Position numbers and translations under genes: made by a program. DNA of 64,000 nt from Octopus vulgaris. Taxonomy: Eukaryota. The notes beneath the pieces are model-generated. The model was not told the DNA's origin and searched no databases. It saw only the letters and a list, made by a program, of their open reading frames with translations. This document shows positions 52,216 through 64,000 of this stretch, one piece after another; the stretch's first letter is position 1, and every line of letters starts with the position of its first letter. Where the stretch lies: NCBI GenBank assembly GCA_951406725.2, contig OX597814.1:83018001-83082000 (forward strand), in the 5' to 3' direction.

Positions 52216-54389
52216 CCGTGTTTTTGTAAACTTACCTTACTTCAAAGTAATCCTGAATCTCAAGAATCTAGTGGTGATGATCTGCACTTAGAAAAAATCA
52301 CAGATAGAAATGTAAATTCTAAAGTTTCAAGCAGGTGTATTCTTTATGTAAGTTTGGCAGGAAGATTGTATCTAATAGTGTGAGGTACATCTGAGAAAGA
52401 AAAATTACACAAAAATATAGTGTTAGATCTTATGATTTACATCTTTAAATCTTCTACACTGTGAAGTATTGTCTGTTTAAGAGCATAGAGCAGTGTAAAC
52501 TATAATTTCTATGTTCTATAATTACTTACATATTTACAGCTATATGATAAGTCTGCAACCAGTACTATTTCTAATGTCTGCTTTCACAACAATATACAAA
52601 ATTTTTGAAATTAAAAAAAAAAGCAAAACAAAAAACTATACAACATATAGAAAGTTAAATAGTTTTTGATATAAGTATATATCTTCTACTCTCCTTTTAG
52701 CAGCATATTTGAATAGTATTTGTACTTTATTTTATAGATCCCTTACAGCTAATTACATGTATATATCTGGTGCACACAAAGACTTTCTTCCCTTTCAACC
52801 TGTTAGCAATCTCACTGCATCTCTTGTGTATCTGTTGGTTTTATATACTGAGTTCATGCTGTCTCTCTTCCTACAGAAAACTTGTATACATTATTATGTC
52901 AACATGAGAGAGCATATGACTTCAACCATGCCATGGCAGATCTGTTCCCATTTAATCAAAATAACTTTTCTATGCTTACTAAACCTACAGTTATTCATTG
53001 CCTTGAGCTAGGTCTTAAAAACATTGTCACCGTATGGCTCAAATATGTTTAAATATGTTTACATGCATGAAATTTCCATTTTTTTAATCAGATTTCTTTC
53101 TGCTATTTTTCCAAGATTTTAAGATATTCTCTTCCATTTACAGTTGATCTGAAACTTCTACAGATCCCATGTATTACTAATATTGTTATTAAATACAGTT
53201 TCCTAGGTTTTGGTTTATTTCTGTTGCTTTTCAATCAACTTTGCATTAATTTAAATTGCTAGAAACCATCTGCATCAAATCTCAATAGTTTGTGTGTTGA
53301 TTTACCAATATACATAAAATAGGAAATATTGTATAAACTCAGATTAATTCATACAGCTACAAAAATAAAAGCAGAAGAAATAAACAAGAACACTGCAAAG
53401 CATAACTTATCTGGGTAGATATCAACATATGGTTGATAGTTACAGATATGGAATATATTTAGCTAATGGGGTACAGAAAATTCCCATAGATATAATGGTG
53501 ATGGAAATAATTGTAATTGCTACACAAGTTCAAAACTTTCTTGGTGAAAACTACCAAAAACATGCTCTGGTAAACATAGAAAGTAATTATAGAACTCATG
53601 GAGGTTAAGAACAGGTTCTAGGAACCAGTGGCTTGGATTAACCACCTGGCCACTGGAGCACTCAATCTGACCAGCAATTGGTCTGCATGGACAGCTAGGC
53701 TTACAACCAACATAGATAAGTCTTCATCCAGCTGTAGATCAATGATGGATGTATAAGGATATGACAGCACTTGAGGTTTTACACTATTGGACCTGAGTCA
53801 TTAGAAATCTGCCTAATTTGATTATATGGTCTTTTGCGGCATCCTTAAAATATCAGACTGTATTATTGGTATTTTTATTTTGGGAAATGATAATCAAAAA
53901 ATTCTATATAACTTAAGATTTTAGACTGATTATAGCTTGTATACAAGAAATCCTGTGTAATTTTACAAATAGTAATCTTGTTTTTATAATTGTTAAAGTA
54001 ATACTAATATGCTACAATGCTATATGGAAATATTTTGAAAATATAAGAAATTATACTTAATTAACTTTTAAATTATACATGTGTTGCTTCTAATTAAATT
54101 TCTTTAATTAAATCATCAGAGAATTAATTTTTTTTTTTTACTGGGACACCTAGAATGAAACATATTAATGCCAAGTTAATTATAACTATAAACATATTCA
54201 AGATTTTGAAAATAACAATACTAATGCCAGTAAATATTTCAAGAGCATTTATTCTTTCAAAAAATTTATTTTCTTTTGTATACACCTTTCTGTACCTCTC
54301 CATAATATAGAATCGGAAAATTCAATATATCTCTGCATTCATAGGTAAATAAAGAAATCAATAATAATAATAATAACAACGATAATACA

Positions 54390-55225
54390 AGAACATTTTA
54401 TCTCACTTCTCTTTTGCTTAGCTGAAACTCTGCTGACCATTATAATAAACCAAATTGGCTATGGACACAGATATTATGGGATGGTAATAAATCATCTTTT
54501 ATATATAGATGATTTAAAGATTTATTCAAAAGATAACGGCAAACAACTGAAGACTTATTTGCAAATGGTTCAGGAATTTAGAAGTGATATTTATAAGAAA
54601 ATGGAGTGGAAAAATGTGCAAAGGTCACTCTAAAAAGAGGAAGACTTCAAAGACATGTGATATATGGTTAGATAATGACATGAAAATAAAGGAATTATAC
54701 CAAGAGTAAGTCTATAAATATTGTGGAATAAATGAGCTGTATGAGAAGAGACTTAAGAATAAAAAACAAAAATCAGTTACGAATATCATATGAGCATTAC
54801 TCAGAATAAATTTAAAGGCTAAAATAAAATAATATACTAATTATATCAGTGATAATTTGTAATTCTAATGAATAAACTTGGAAGAGGTGAACTGGCAGAA
54901 TTGCTACCATGCTGGACATAATATTTAGCAGTATTTCTTCTGGCTCTTTACTTTCTGAGTTCAAATGCCACTGAGCTTGACTTTACCTTTCGTCCTTTTA
55001 GTTAATAAACTAAATAATAAACTAAATAGCAGTCAAGCACTGGGTTGTTGTAACTGACTACGCCTTTCTCTCAAAATTGCTGGCCTTGTGCCAAAATTAG
55101 AAAGAATTAATGATCTTGGAAGATAAACATATTAATGTAATTAAGTAGAAAGATGAGAAAATTATTGTTAGCATTTCAAAATCATCAAGGAACCCACCCA
55201 CCCCCACCCAAAAAATGCATTGACA
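54390..55225 (+). pseudogene. Ancient R4/Dong-like RT fragment, split by a family A SINE (about 54885-55110)
   Basis: LLFCLA..INQIGYGHRYYGMVINHLLYIDDLKIYSKD..VEKCAKVTLKRG; YIDD at 54502-54513; later SRKMRKLL; TAA arrays at 54361-54386 and 55267-55347. Confidence 0.8.
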
Positions 55226-57099
55226 CACTGGTGAAGAATATCAAGTTCACATTCTAAACTGTAGCATAATAATGATAATAATAATAATAATAATAATAAT
55301 AATTATTATTATTATTATTATCATTATTATTGTTATTATTATTATTATCTGAGATCAAAGCCTTCACATCAGAAAGTACCAAATGCATATATTTCTGGTA
55401 GATGCAAGCAGAAGATAGAAAAAGACTACTGAAAAGAAACTACTTGAAGAGCTCAAAACTAAATCTCAAAGTCATATAAATGCATAACTCTACAGAGGAG
55501 AATATTTAATGGCTTAGATAAAAAGTCATAGATAGCTAAGCTATTACTTGAATTCCAGGAAAATTGTTTCATCTTTAACATGCCAGAAGAAAATGCAGAA
55601 AGAAGAATATGAAGAAATAAAGAAAAGTAAAAATGATATAAAATTTGTGAAGGCCTTGCAAGTAAGAACATTCAGATATTGCTTTTGGGTGTAAAATACT
55701 TCATGGAAGTTATGCTAAAAATATGATAATCTATTGATGATAAAAATTATGACTGATTGAAAAAATTTCATCGATGGGATAGAACCAATTAACAAGAAAG
55801 TTTTCAGGTGCTAAAAATATCAACCAAATCTCCCTTAAAAAATATACCTTAATATTTTAAAAGAAGGGACACATTGGATAATTTAGTCACAGATAAATTA
55901 TCTCTTTAAAAAGGATAAGATGTTACGGCTGCAATGCTTATGATAAGAAGACTGGTTGATTAAGGCTGACTGGGAGCTAAGCAACAACAGCATCAGACTG
56001 AATATACAGCAGAATAATGTCAATGAAACTGAATTGAGATTTTGAATGTCTTACAAAGAAAAGCACCATTCCCAGAATGCTATTTTTGATTTTAGAAAAA
56101 TTAGTAGAAAATAAAAATATGGATTGCTGATATAGTTTGGCTTGAAAAAGTGCTGACTTCTAATTTTTGAAATATGTAATAAGAAGAGAGTGTTCAGTGT
56201 GCCAAATAGGATTGGTGGTTCAGGGTGAGGGCAAGATCAATGTTTAGAGATAATTAAGCAAGGTAATTAAAAGAAAGTGTTTAAAGAAGTATGTGTGTTG
56301 GCAGAAGCAAAAATACTCTGAAAGCAAAACAATGGTGAGGAAAACATTTTATGGATTGGCCTTCTATTTTATAATGAGCTTATACACACTTTCTAGTACA
56401 GCATCTGTCAAATATTACTAAATATACAACAGACATAAGTAGTATATACTTATTTTCTGACTTATTGAAGTTCAGCTAGTACACACTTCTCAAAATATTA
56501 TTTTGAAGATCACTTGTAGCTTTTGAAATAACTTTTGCAAACCAACTAAAATTTCCAAACTACTTTCTCCATAGATGTGCATGCACACACACACCACACA
56601 TGTATCATATTCATACACACAGATAATAAAAATAATACATATAAAAGTATACATACATTAGATAGTCATCATGGTTGAAAATATTGCTCTGTTAAGAAAT
56701 TTAGTTCCTATGTGATTTTGGGCTCAGTCCCACCTTGCAGCATCTTGGTCCGTGTTCAACCAAAGGCTTTTGAATAAAATTTGGTAACTAGAAACTGTGG
56801 AAGCCCATCAAAAGGATTGTTCCTGATCTTAGATAGTAGACTTAATCTGTTTCCTGGATTAATATCACCAACTGATCTACAGAATACCTCTAGCAGTTTT
56901 TACTCTGTTACAAGCATTCATGTCAAGTCTTCAGGCTGAGTATACTCTCCTCTTTTTTGCCTATCGTTTTTGGAGGCTCTGCAAAAGGTCATCAGCACAA
57001 CAATGACTGTGTAATAAAAAAAATCCAGTATATTATAATAATCCTGTACATGTAAAATTCTAAAAGAAAAAGCAATTATTATAATCTCAAGATTAAGGA

Positions 57100-57785
57100 C
57101 GTGAGCTGGCAGAATTGTTAGTGTTGAAGAAATAAATGCTTTGTAGTATTACTTCTGGCTCTTTAAATTGTGAGTTCAAATCCCACTGAGGTCAACATCA
57201 TCTTCCATCCTTTTAAGGTTGATAAAATAAAGTACCAGTCAAGTCTTAGGGTCAATGGTATTGATTAAAATCCTTCCCTGAAAATTACTGGCCTTGTGCC
57301 TAAAGAAGAAACCATTGTAATAAGATTAAAAACCATTGTCATGTTGATGATGATAATAGCAACACTAATAATTCTGATTTAAGCGCAAGGCTAGCAATTT
57401 TAAGGGTAGAAGGTAGTAACACCGCCTACAGGAATTAACTGACACTTTATTTTATCAACCTTGTAGTGTTGAAAGGCAAAGCTGACATCAATTGGATCTG
57501 AACTCATAATGTAAGGAGTCAGAACTAATACTGAATGACATTTTACAACACTAATAATCCAGTAACCTTTCAAAACATTGATCTCTTACTCAGGCACAAG
57601 GCTTTGAATTGGTGGAAGGGAATATTCTTGAATAGATCCCAGTACTTGAGTGGTACATTATTTTTATCAAAGCCAGGGTAATGAAAGACAAAGTTGACTT
57701 TGGTAGAATTTGAACTCGGTATGTACGAATCTGGGAGAAATACTGTGAGCCCAATGGTTTAGTGATTCTGCCAGTCCATCACCTT
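57100..57785. mobile_element. Cluster of degraded SINE family A copies (57100-57315 +, about 57370-57540 -, 57590-57785 -)
   Basis: GAGCTGGCAGAA..GAGTTCAAAT and reverse-complement cores. Confidence 0.7.
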
Positions 57786-60700
57786 TAACATAATAATAAT
57801 TTCTAACAAGGCAGCCAGAAATTTGCAAGGAGATGAAAGGCAATGTTGACTGGCGAGATTTGAGCTTAGATTGTAAGTAGGTGTAATTAAATACTGTAAG
57901 GCATACTACTGTGTCTACCATCCTCAGTAATAATAACAATAATAGTAAACATAGTGTTCTAATTCAATGAGCAAATCTAATGATCTGAGAGTGTGATGAG
58001 CTGCTGTATTTATATACTGTGTATACTATCACTTGTCATTTAATTTCATTTCAATGTAAATCTCTCCACATGCATTTTATAGCCTCTCCCTAATGTCTCC
58101 ACCATCCATCATCCTTGTGAAAATAATGAAATAAAAAAAAGAATTTAATATTCTTATTATTCAAATTATTATTTTTGAAAATATTAATATTATTATTAAT
58201 AGTTTAACATGCACTTAAATTATTAGATTTTCTCATTGAATAATAATAAAAAATGTTTAAAAAAATTTATTTACTTCCCCATGTTTATTCCCAAATTTTC
58301 AGTTTCTTTTATATAGTATTGAATTAGTATCATTCATTGAATCCAGATTTAATCAGAAGCATTTCTCTACACGAAAAGCAAATCAATAAGGTCTTGAATC
58401 CTTTGCGAAATTAAATATTATTTCCCAGCATTTTTTCACTAAGATAAGGACAGTATTACAATAACATTGTTATTTGTCTGGAACACAACAGTTTTTGGGT
58501 TTTATTTTGCCTTTTCCTAAGATTCATCTAAATAGAATTCAATAGAATTTCAAAATAATGCTGATGACAATGCCATATACTACATTAATGTTATCCTGTT
58601 TGTTTTTTTTTATTAGTTTCAAGCTTCAGTAACATTCAATTTCACTGCAGCCCCAGCTCCTCAGCAGATTATACATGAAAAAAATATATAATGTAATGTT
58701 ATGTGTGTGTCTATTCAGATGAAAAAAGTCACTTGAGAAATCACTGTGCAAGAATCTCTTGCATATTATATATTTATTGCAGATTACTTACTTTTGTATA
58801 TTCCTTTTGAACATTGTTTATTTCAATGTTGATATGATTAGATTTCCTATATTTACATATGAGAATTTTATATTTCATCCATTTGTACAGATTTATAATA
58901 TCTATGTGAATCACAGATGGCTGCATTGATAGGATGCCAGACTACCATCCAAAATATCCTGCATCCTATACAACAACATGTCATCTGGCTGAAATACATG
59001 TTACAAAATAGCCTAGTTTGCATAACTTTTAATTATTACAACAGAGATATAGACTACATCTCCTTAAACAACAGTAGCACTATAAAACCAATAAGTATTT
59101 TGTTAGCTTGCAATGTTGAGTTCCATTATTCTTCCTGTGGTTATATTGGAAAAGGATATATTCTACCAGGTTGATTTATCCAAGAACCACTGCATCATGA
59201 CAGTCCCTTCAGTTGAACACATCTTAATGATTTTATATAGTTTATTTTGAGGTTATTGTTTAACCTCAGGTCAGCCAGACTTGTCAGAGCAGACCTATAT
59301 ATGATCAAAACCCCTTTCAGCTGTGACCATTCCATCTTTTTAGGATTATGTAGGATTACATTATCTAATGTACCCTTTCCTTATATAAAGCAGTAGGTAT
59401 GATGTGACAGAGATTTGGACACTATTTCTTGCTGGTTGCGGAGCCATATAAAGGCTCTCATTGGGTCAGTAACTGTTGAGATAACATTGCTGGATGTATT
59501 AAAAATATTGGATGACTTGATCATTGGAGATTAAGTTTCCTCTTTGCTATAGATGCTCTGTTATTTATTGGGCAGAATACTTAGCTATTGGGAAATTGAC
59601 ATCAGATTTATTGTAAATGTTGTTGTCAATAGACCAGCATATTATATGAAGAAAGATTCATTTCACATCTACATAATGCTACTGAATTCAGTGGAAATCA
59701 CCTATTATATAAGCCTCTATGGTTGTTGGATATAGATGTCAGATACAGTTTATATAGAATGTATGTAAGTAGGTATGGCCACATGTTTAGAAAGTTTGCT
59801 TCACAGGCATAAAATTCTAGGCTCATTTCCTAGTGTATAGCACTTTGGTAATTGTCTACTTTAGGTCAAGTTAAATTTTGTAAGTGAAATTAAGTAGAGA
59901 GATAGTGTGAAAGCTTTTTCAGTTATCCTGAAGATTTCTACTGCTACAACTGTTAAACCGAATACAATTAATCACAGCTTCAACAGAAACACAAAAAAGA
60001 ATATTAAGGCAGCATTTCTGTCTATTTCATTATAAATGTTAAATGTACGGACTAACTTTACATTAAGGAGCCCTGTAAGTCAGACTTCTTCATGGCCCCA
60101 CCAAACAAAATGGAAAAAGCATTGCTCCAGAGGATAGCAAGGAAGATGTGCTGGAATAGCCATTCTGGAGGCCGAGAATGCTGAAGTTCTCCACTGCCAT
60201 AGGCTCAACCATAAACCTATCATAGAGCAACCAATACCTTAACAGTTAGCTTTTCTCAGTTTGATGAGCAGTGGAGCTTGGGCTGGTAGCTGAACCCACG
60301 AAGCTGCCACTGGTGACAGTGTCATTGCCTTTGGCATCCCAGATGAGGGTGCCTACAGTCACAGAATGGGGGAAAACTGCCATACTGTCAAGCTTGTAGG
60401 CTAAATCATATATGTAATTCAAGGAATCAGTATTGTCACACTGTGCCATACTGATTCCATCTGTGGATTATGGTAGCAGCATAAGTGTCTGTAGAATGCT
60501 CAGTCATTTACACTATAATTCAATGAGAAGATAGGTCAGTCTATCTAATTTGGTATTTTTTATTGTTTGTTTTTAGTTTTGTTGCTTTTTGTTGTTTTGA
60601 ACTGAAGACTATATTTCCTTTCATTTCAAAGAAATAATTGATTCTTAACATTCATTAATGTGCAGAATATTTATAATGAAAAAATATTAATATTTATGAA

Positions 60701-60899
60701 TATTACACATTGTGTTCTGGATAGCTTTAAATGTGTGTGTGGTACATGTGTATATGAGTGTGCATATATACACAAATAGTCACATATTTTTTTTTTCAAT
60801 TGTCCATCCATACAAATGAGCTCAACAGGACTACTAATATGCTCAAAAACCTTAGTGTGTCCAGGAATGGCTGACAAATCCAGAATGATACAGTGTTCT

Positions 60900-61180
60900 A
60901 GTGATGAGTGTGTTGCACTCATGACCTAGCAATCATGATTTCAATTCCTAGACAGTGTTGCATTGCGTTCTTGAGCAAAAAACTTCATCTCCTGTTGCTC
61001 TGTGATCACTAAACACTTGACACATGATACACAGTGCACCTGTTCAGACAACGTTGATTTGATGGAGAGAGTGAGCTAATATGTGGCACGAGCATTTGGT
61101 CACTATAAACAAATCATTTGTGCAAGTCATTCAGCAAAAGCTGACTCTCCTATCATCTTTGATAGGAGAGTCCATCACGT
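60900..61180 (+). mobile_element. Degraded tRNA-derived SINE
   Basis: TTTCAATTCC B-box relic; GTTCTTGAGCAA core. Confidence 0.55.
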
Positions 61181-62029
61181 ATATGTATATATATACACAC
61201 ACGGAAAATAAAGAAATTTCTTGAATGAGGAAGACTGTGAGGACAGCTTAGAGGATTGGATAAATACTCTTTAGAAGGTAGAAAAATGTGGCCAGCAAGC
61301 CTCTACCAAGAATAAAACCCTGTACCTCTCAAATTCTGGCTGACCGCTCTTAACCATTAAGCTAAGAGAACCCTGATGACAAATTCCATATAATTATGAT
61401 GCTTAATAATAGCCTTTGGAATATGAGAATATTTTCTAAACAAAAAGTGGCCAGCAAGCCTTCACAGGGAATTGAATCCTGCACCTTATTCACATATACA
61501 GACATGTGCACACACATACATCTATATATATATGTAGTTTTCAACATTTACTACATTAAATGATACAGTGTATAAAATATAATAGACTTTTAAAGAAATA
61601 TGTTGCCACATTTTTTAACTGATATCTAACGTAAACCATAAGGTTTAACAAGATAATGAAATCAGTGAGTGATTTCATAAATGTGAAATTGCATTAAGTG
61701 ATTTGCTTTCCACCTCTTGAAACTTTAATCAGTTTCTCAGCTGCTTATTTGTCCCTGTTAACCAAAGGGCTTGTTCTAGATATGATTTGCACACTTGGAG
61801 CCTCTCAATGTATTTGCTAATTCTTCCAAATTTGAAACATCAGCAATGGTTCATGTGTAAGTTTCCACCATGGTAATCTAATTGTAAAGAAAAGATATGC
61901 TGACATTGAGCAACTACTTTCCAACAGAAAGAGGTTTGTGTTGTATACCAGAACTGCATTAGTAATCCAGACCAACTGACTATTTAGAGGGTATGCATGG
62001 AACATTATATATATATTATATTATATTCT

Positions 62030-62500
62030 TTATCTTCTTTTTATTCTTCCCTCTACCTTTTCTCGTTATTTTATTTTATTTTTGATGTAGGACCAGTGTC
62101 AGAAACATCAAGATTCTTTCCTTTCCTTTCCTTCTTAAATGTTAAACTAATACATTTCTTTTTTGTATTGCATTCTTTTTTGAGTTCATTACATATATAT
62201 TTTTAATGCTTTTTTACTGCTTCCCATTTCCCACTGCATCTCATTTCCCACAGCCTTCTCACATCATTCTTCCCTCTTTTCTTTCTCCTTTTCTCTTGCC
62301 TGTCTTTAAGCTCCTCCAACCTTTCCACCTTACTCTCACCTTACTATTTTTTCTCACTACCTTTTCTCATTCTTCTATTTTTCTAATGGAGGGCCAGTGT
62401 CTGAAATGCTGAGATATTTTCTCTTCTCTTTAAACATTAAACTAATATAACATTTGTTAAAACTTGTCTCTCCCCTGTTGCAGGTGGTCTACTTTTTCTT
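62030..62500 (+). mobile_element. Tandem degraded Penelope-like repeats with two hammerhead relics
   Basis: TTGATGTAGGACCAGTGTCAGAAACATC (about 62082-62109) and CTAATGGAGGGCCAGTGTCTGAAATGCT (about 62383-62410), each followed by TTAAA..TTAAACTAATA. Confidence 0.5.
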
Positions 62501-62533
62501 CTCATTTCTTAATATATAATGTGTGTGTGTGTA

Positions 62534-62579
<46 letters not shown>

Positions 62580-64000
62580 GTATGTGTGTGTGTATCTATA
62601 CACATGTGTGTGTGCTCATACATACATATGCATTCATTTTTATGGAATGACGGGAAGAGTAAGAGGATTGCTGAAGAGCGATTAAGCCATAGAAGGGTGA
62701 GAACAATGAAAAAACGAGGGACTGATAAATCAATGAAATCACAGAATATTTTACTGAAGATAATTTGTGTTGTTTGTCTTCCTGTTGTAATTCCTTGTTT
62801 CATAGCTGTGTTACATCTCTTCTATCAACAAGTAATATAGAAAGATTATTTTTGTTGCAAGTAAAATGTGGAATAAACTAATTTACTTAAGCTTATCGCA
62901 GGACAAAGACATTGGAGTTTTGGGAAACATTTCGATGAATTCAATTAATTTACTTTATAAATATTCTTTGCATTAATGTTAAAAATCAATTATTAAATAA
63001 ATGAGAGGAAAAATAGCCTTCATGTTAAAAACAGCAAAAGCAACCAATCATATAAACAATAAAAAAACAACTAAGAATTTTAACTGGTAAATTTATAGAG
63101 AAATATGAATGAAAGAACTTTAATCTTTAAGACCATTACTGTTTTGAAATTCATATTCTTTTGAAAGCAATCACTATTTATAGCTTGTTTTTATACTATT
63201 TTTTATTGTATTATTTTTAAATTATAGAAATAGTGTTTTAAGATATTAGTCAAATAATCTTTGGAGCTATTTTGAAATCAAACATCTCTTCTTCGAACCA
63301 TTTATAGTTAAGGCTTAGAGATATTGTATATCAGTGTGTAATTTTTTGGCATACAATAGAGTGTGATAATAAACATATCCAGCTTCTAATACTTTACACC
63401 ATTAATTGTTCCTTTAATTCTGCATAATTTAATTCCTTATATTAGAAAGCTGATGGTGATTGGTGAGACAGTAGAGTGGTGACTAAATGATTTATTTTAC
63501 TTGTTTACTTTTTTCCTTCTTGGTTTCTCATTCAAATCCCACTCAGATAATTTTTAAGTTCATCTCTTTGGATTAATAAAATAAATATCAATGATATACT
63601 AATTGATTTGGTAAACAATGACCCTACCTTCTACTAACATTGAATTTGGTGTAGAATAAAAGTACCCATATGTTATAATATAGAAATCTATGAGTTAGTA
63701 GAAATGGCAGGTAGCATTTCATTCATCCAAAGTTGATAAAATAAAAACCAAGTTTTTATAACCAATTAAATTCTTTTCCTCCAAAATTGTTTAAATCTTG
63801 TTTATAAAATATTTTATAATAAAAGATAGAAAGGGCTTTATAACTAGAATGCAGGTTCTTAGTGAGTCAAATTAATTGACTCAGTTTTGATTGCTAGCAT
63901 TTTACATCACTTGCAGCCTTCACTCAGATGTCACTATAAGAATGATCAGTAATTTCTAGGTTACGTATTGTTTTTTTCAGTATTATTCTTCTTTATGTGA

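Noticed and set aside
52236-52336. Short open frame ending at CAG|GT
   Set aside because: No good acceptor, weak donor, no homology.
58617-58691. Possible exon after a T-rich acceptor
   Set aside because: Frames close within about 25 codons with no recognisable homology.
58917-59010. Exon or miRNA-like hairpin (ATAGGATGC/GCATCCTAT)
   Set aside because: Stem short; the phase-1 frame hits a stop; resembles a decayed LINE C-terminus (RMPD..PK).
60060-60470. GC-richer block with a 67-aa ORF
   Set aside because: No recognisable motif or splice structure; probably an old repeat.
61282-61461. Direct repeat GTGGCCAGCAAGCC twice
   Set aside because: Only two short copies with unrelated spacing; not CRISPR-like, and the context is eukaryotic.

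Overview
AT-rich, microsatellite-dense animal DNA. The SINE families and repeat landscape suggest a coleoid cephalopod, probably Octopus (inferred from family resemblance, no search run). Most of the window is transposon-derived. It holds two decayed hAT (ZMYM1/Tip100-like) transposases; a near full-length, frameshifted R4/Dong-clade RLE non-LTR retrotransposon (8.8-12.8 kb, minus) plus two older relatives, all sitting in (TAA)n arrays; and a young 5'-truncated Ty3/gypsy with its 3' LTR. It also holds two mariner copies sharing one internal deletion, a hAT MITE with a perfect 8-bp TSD, Helitron helicase fragments abutting a CR1 3' end, and many tRNA-derived SINEs. Several Penelope-like fragments carry hammerhead-ribozyme motifs, one with an unusually long stem II. 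Host-gene evidence is limited to a plausible non-coding exon plus first coding exon at about 29.55-30.57 kb (+), probably followed by a long intron. Most short ORFs in the track are microsatellite artefacts. SINE boundaries are approximate.
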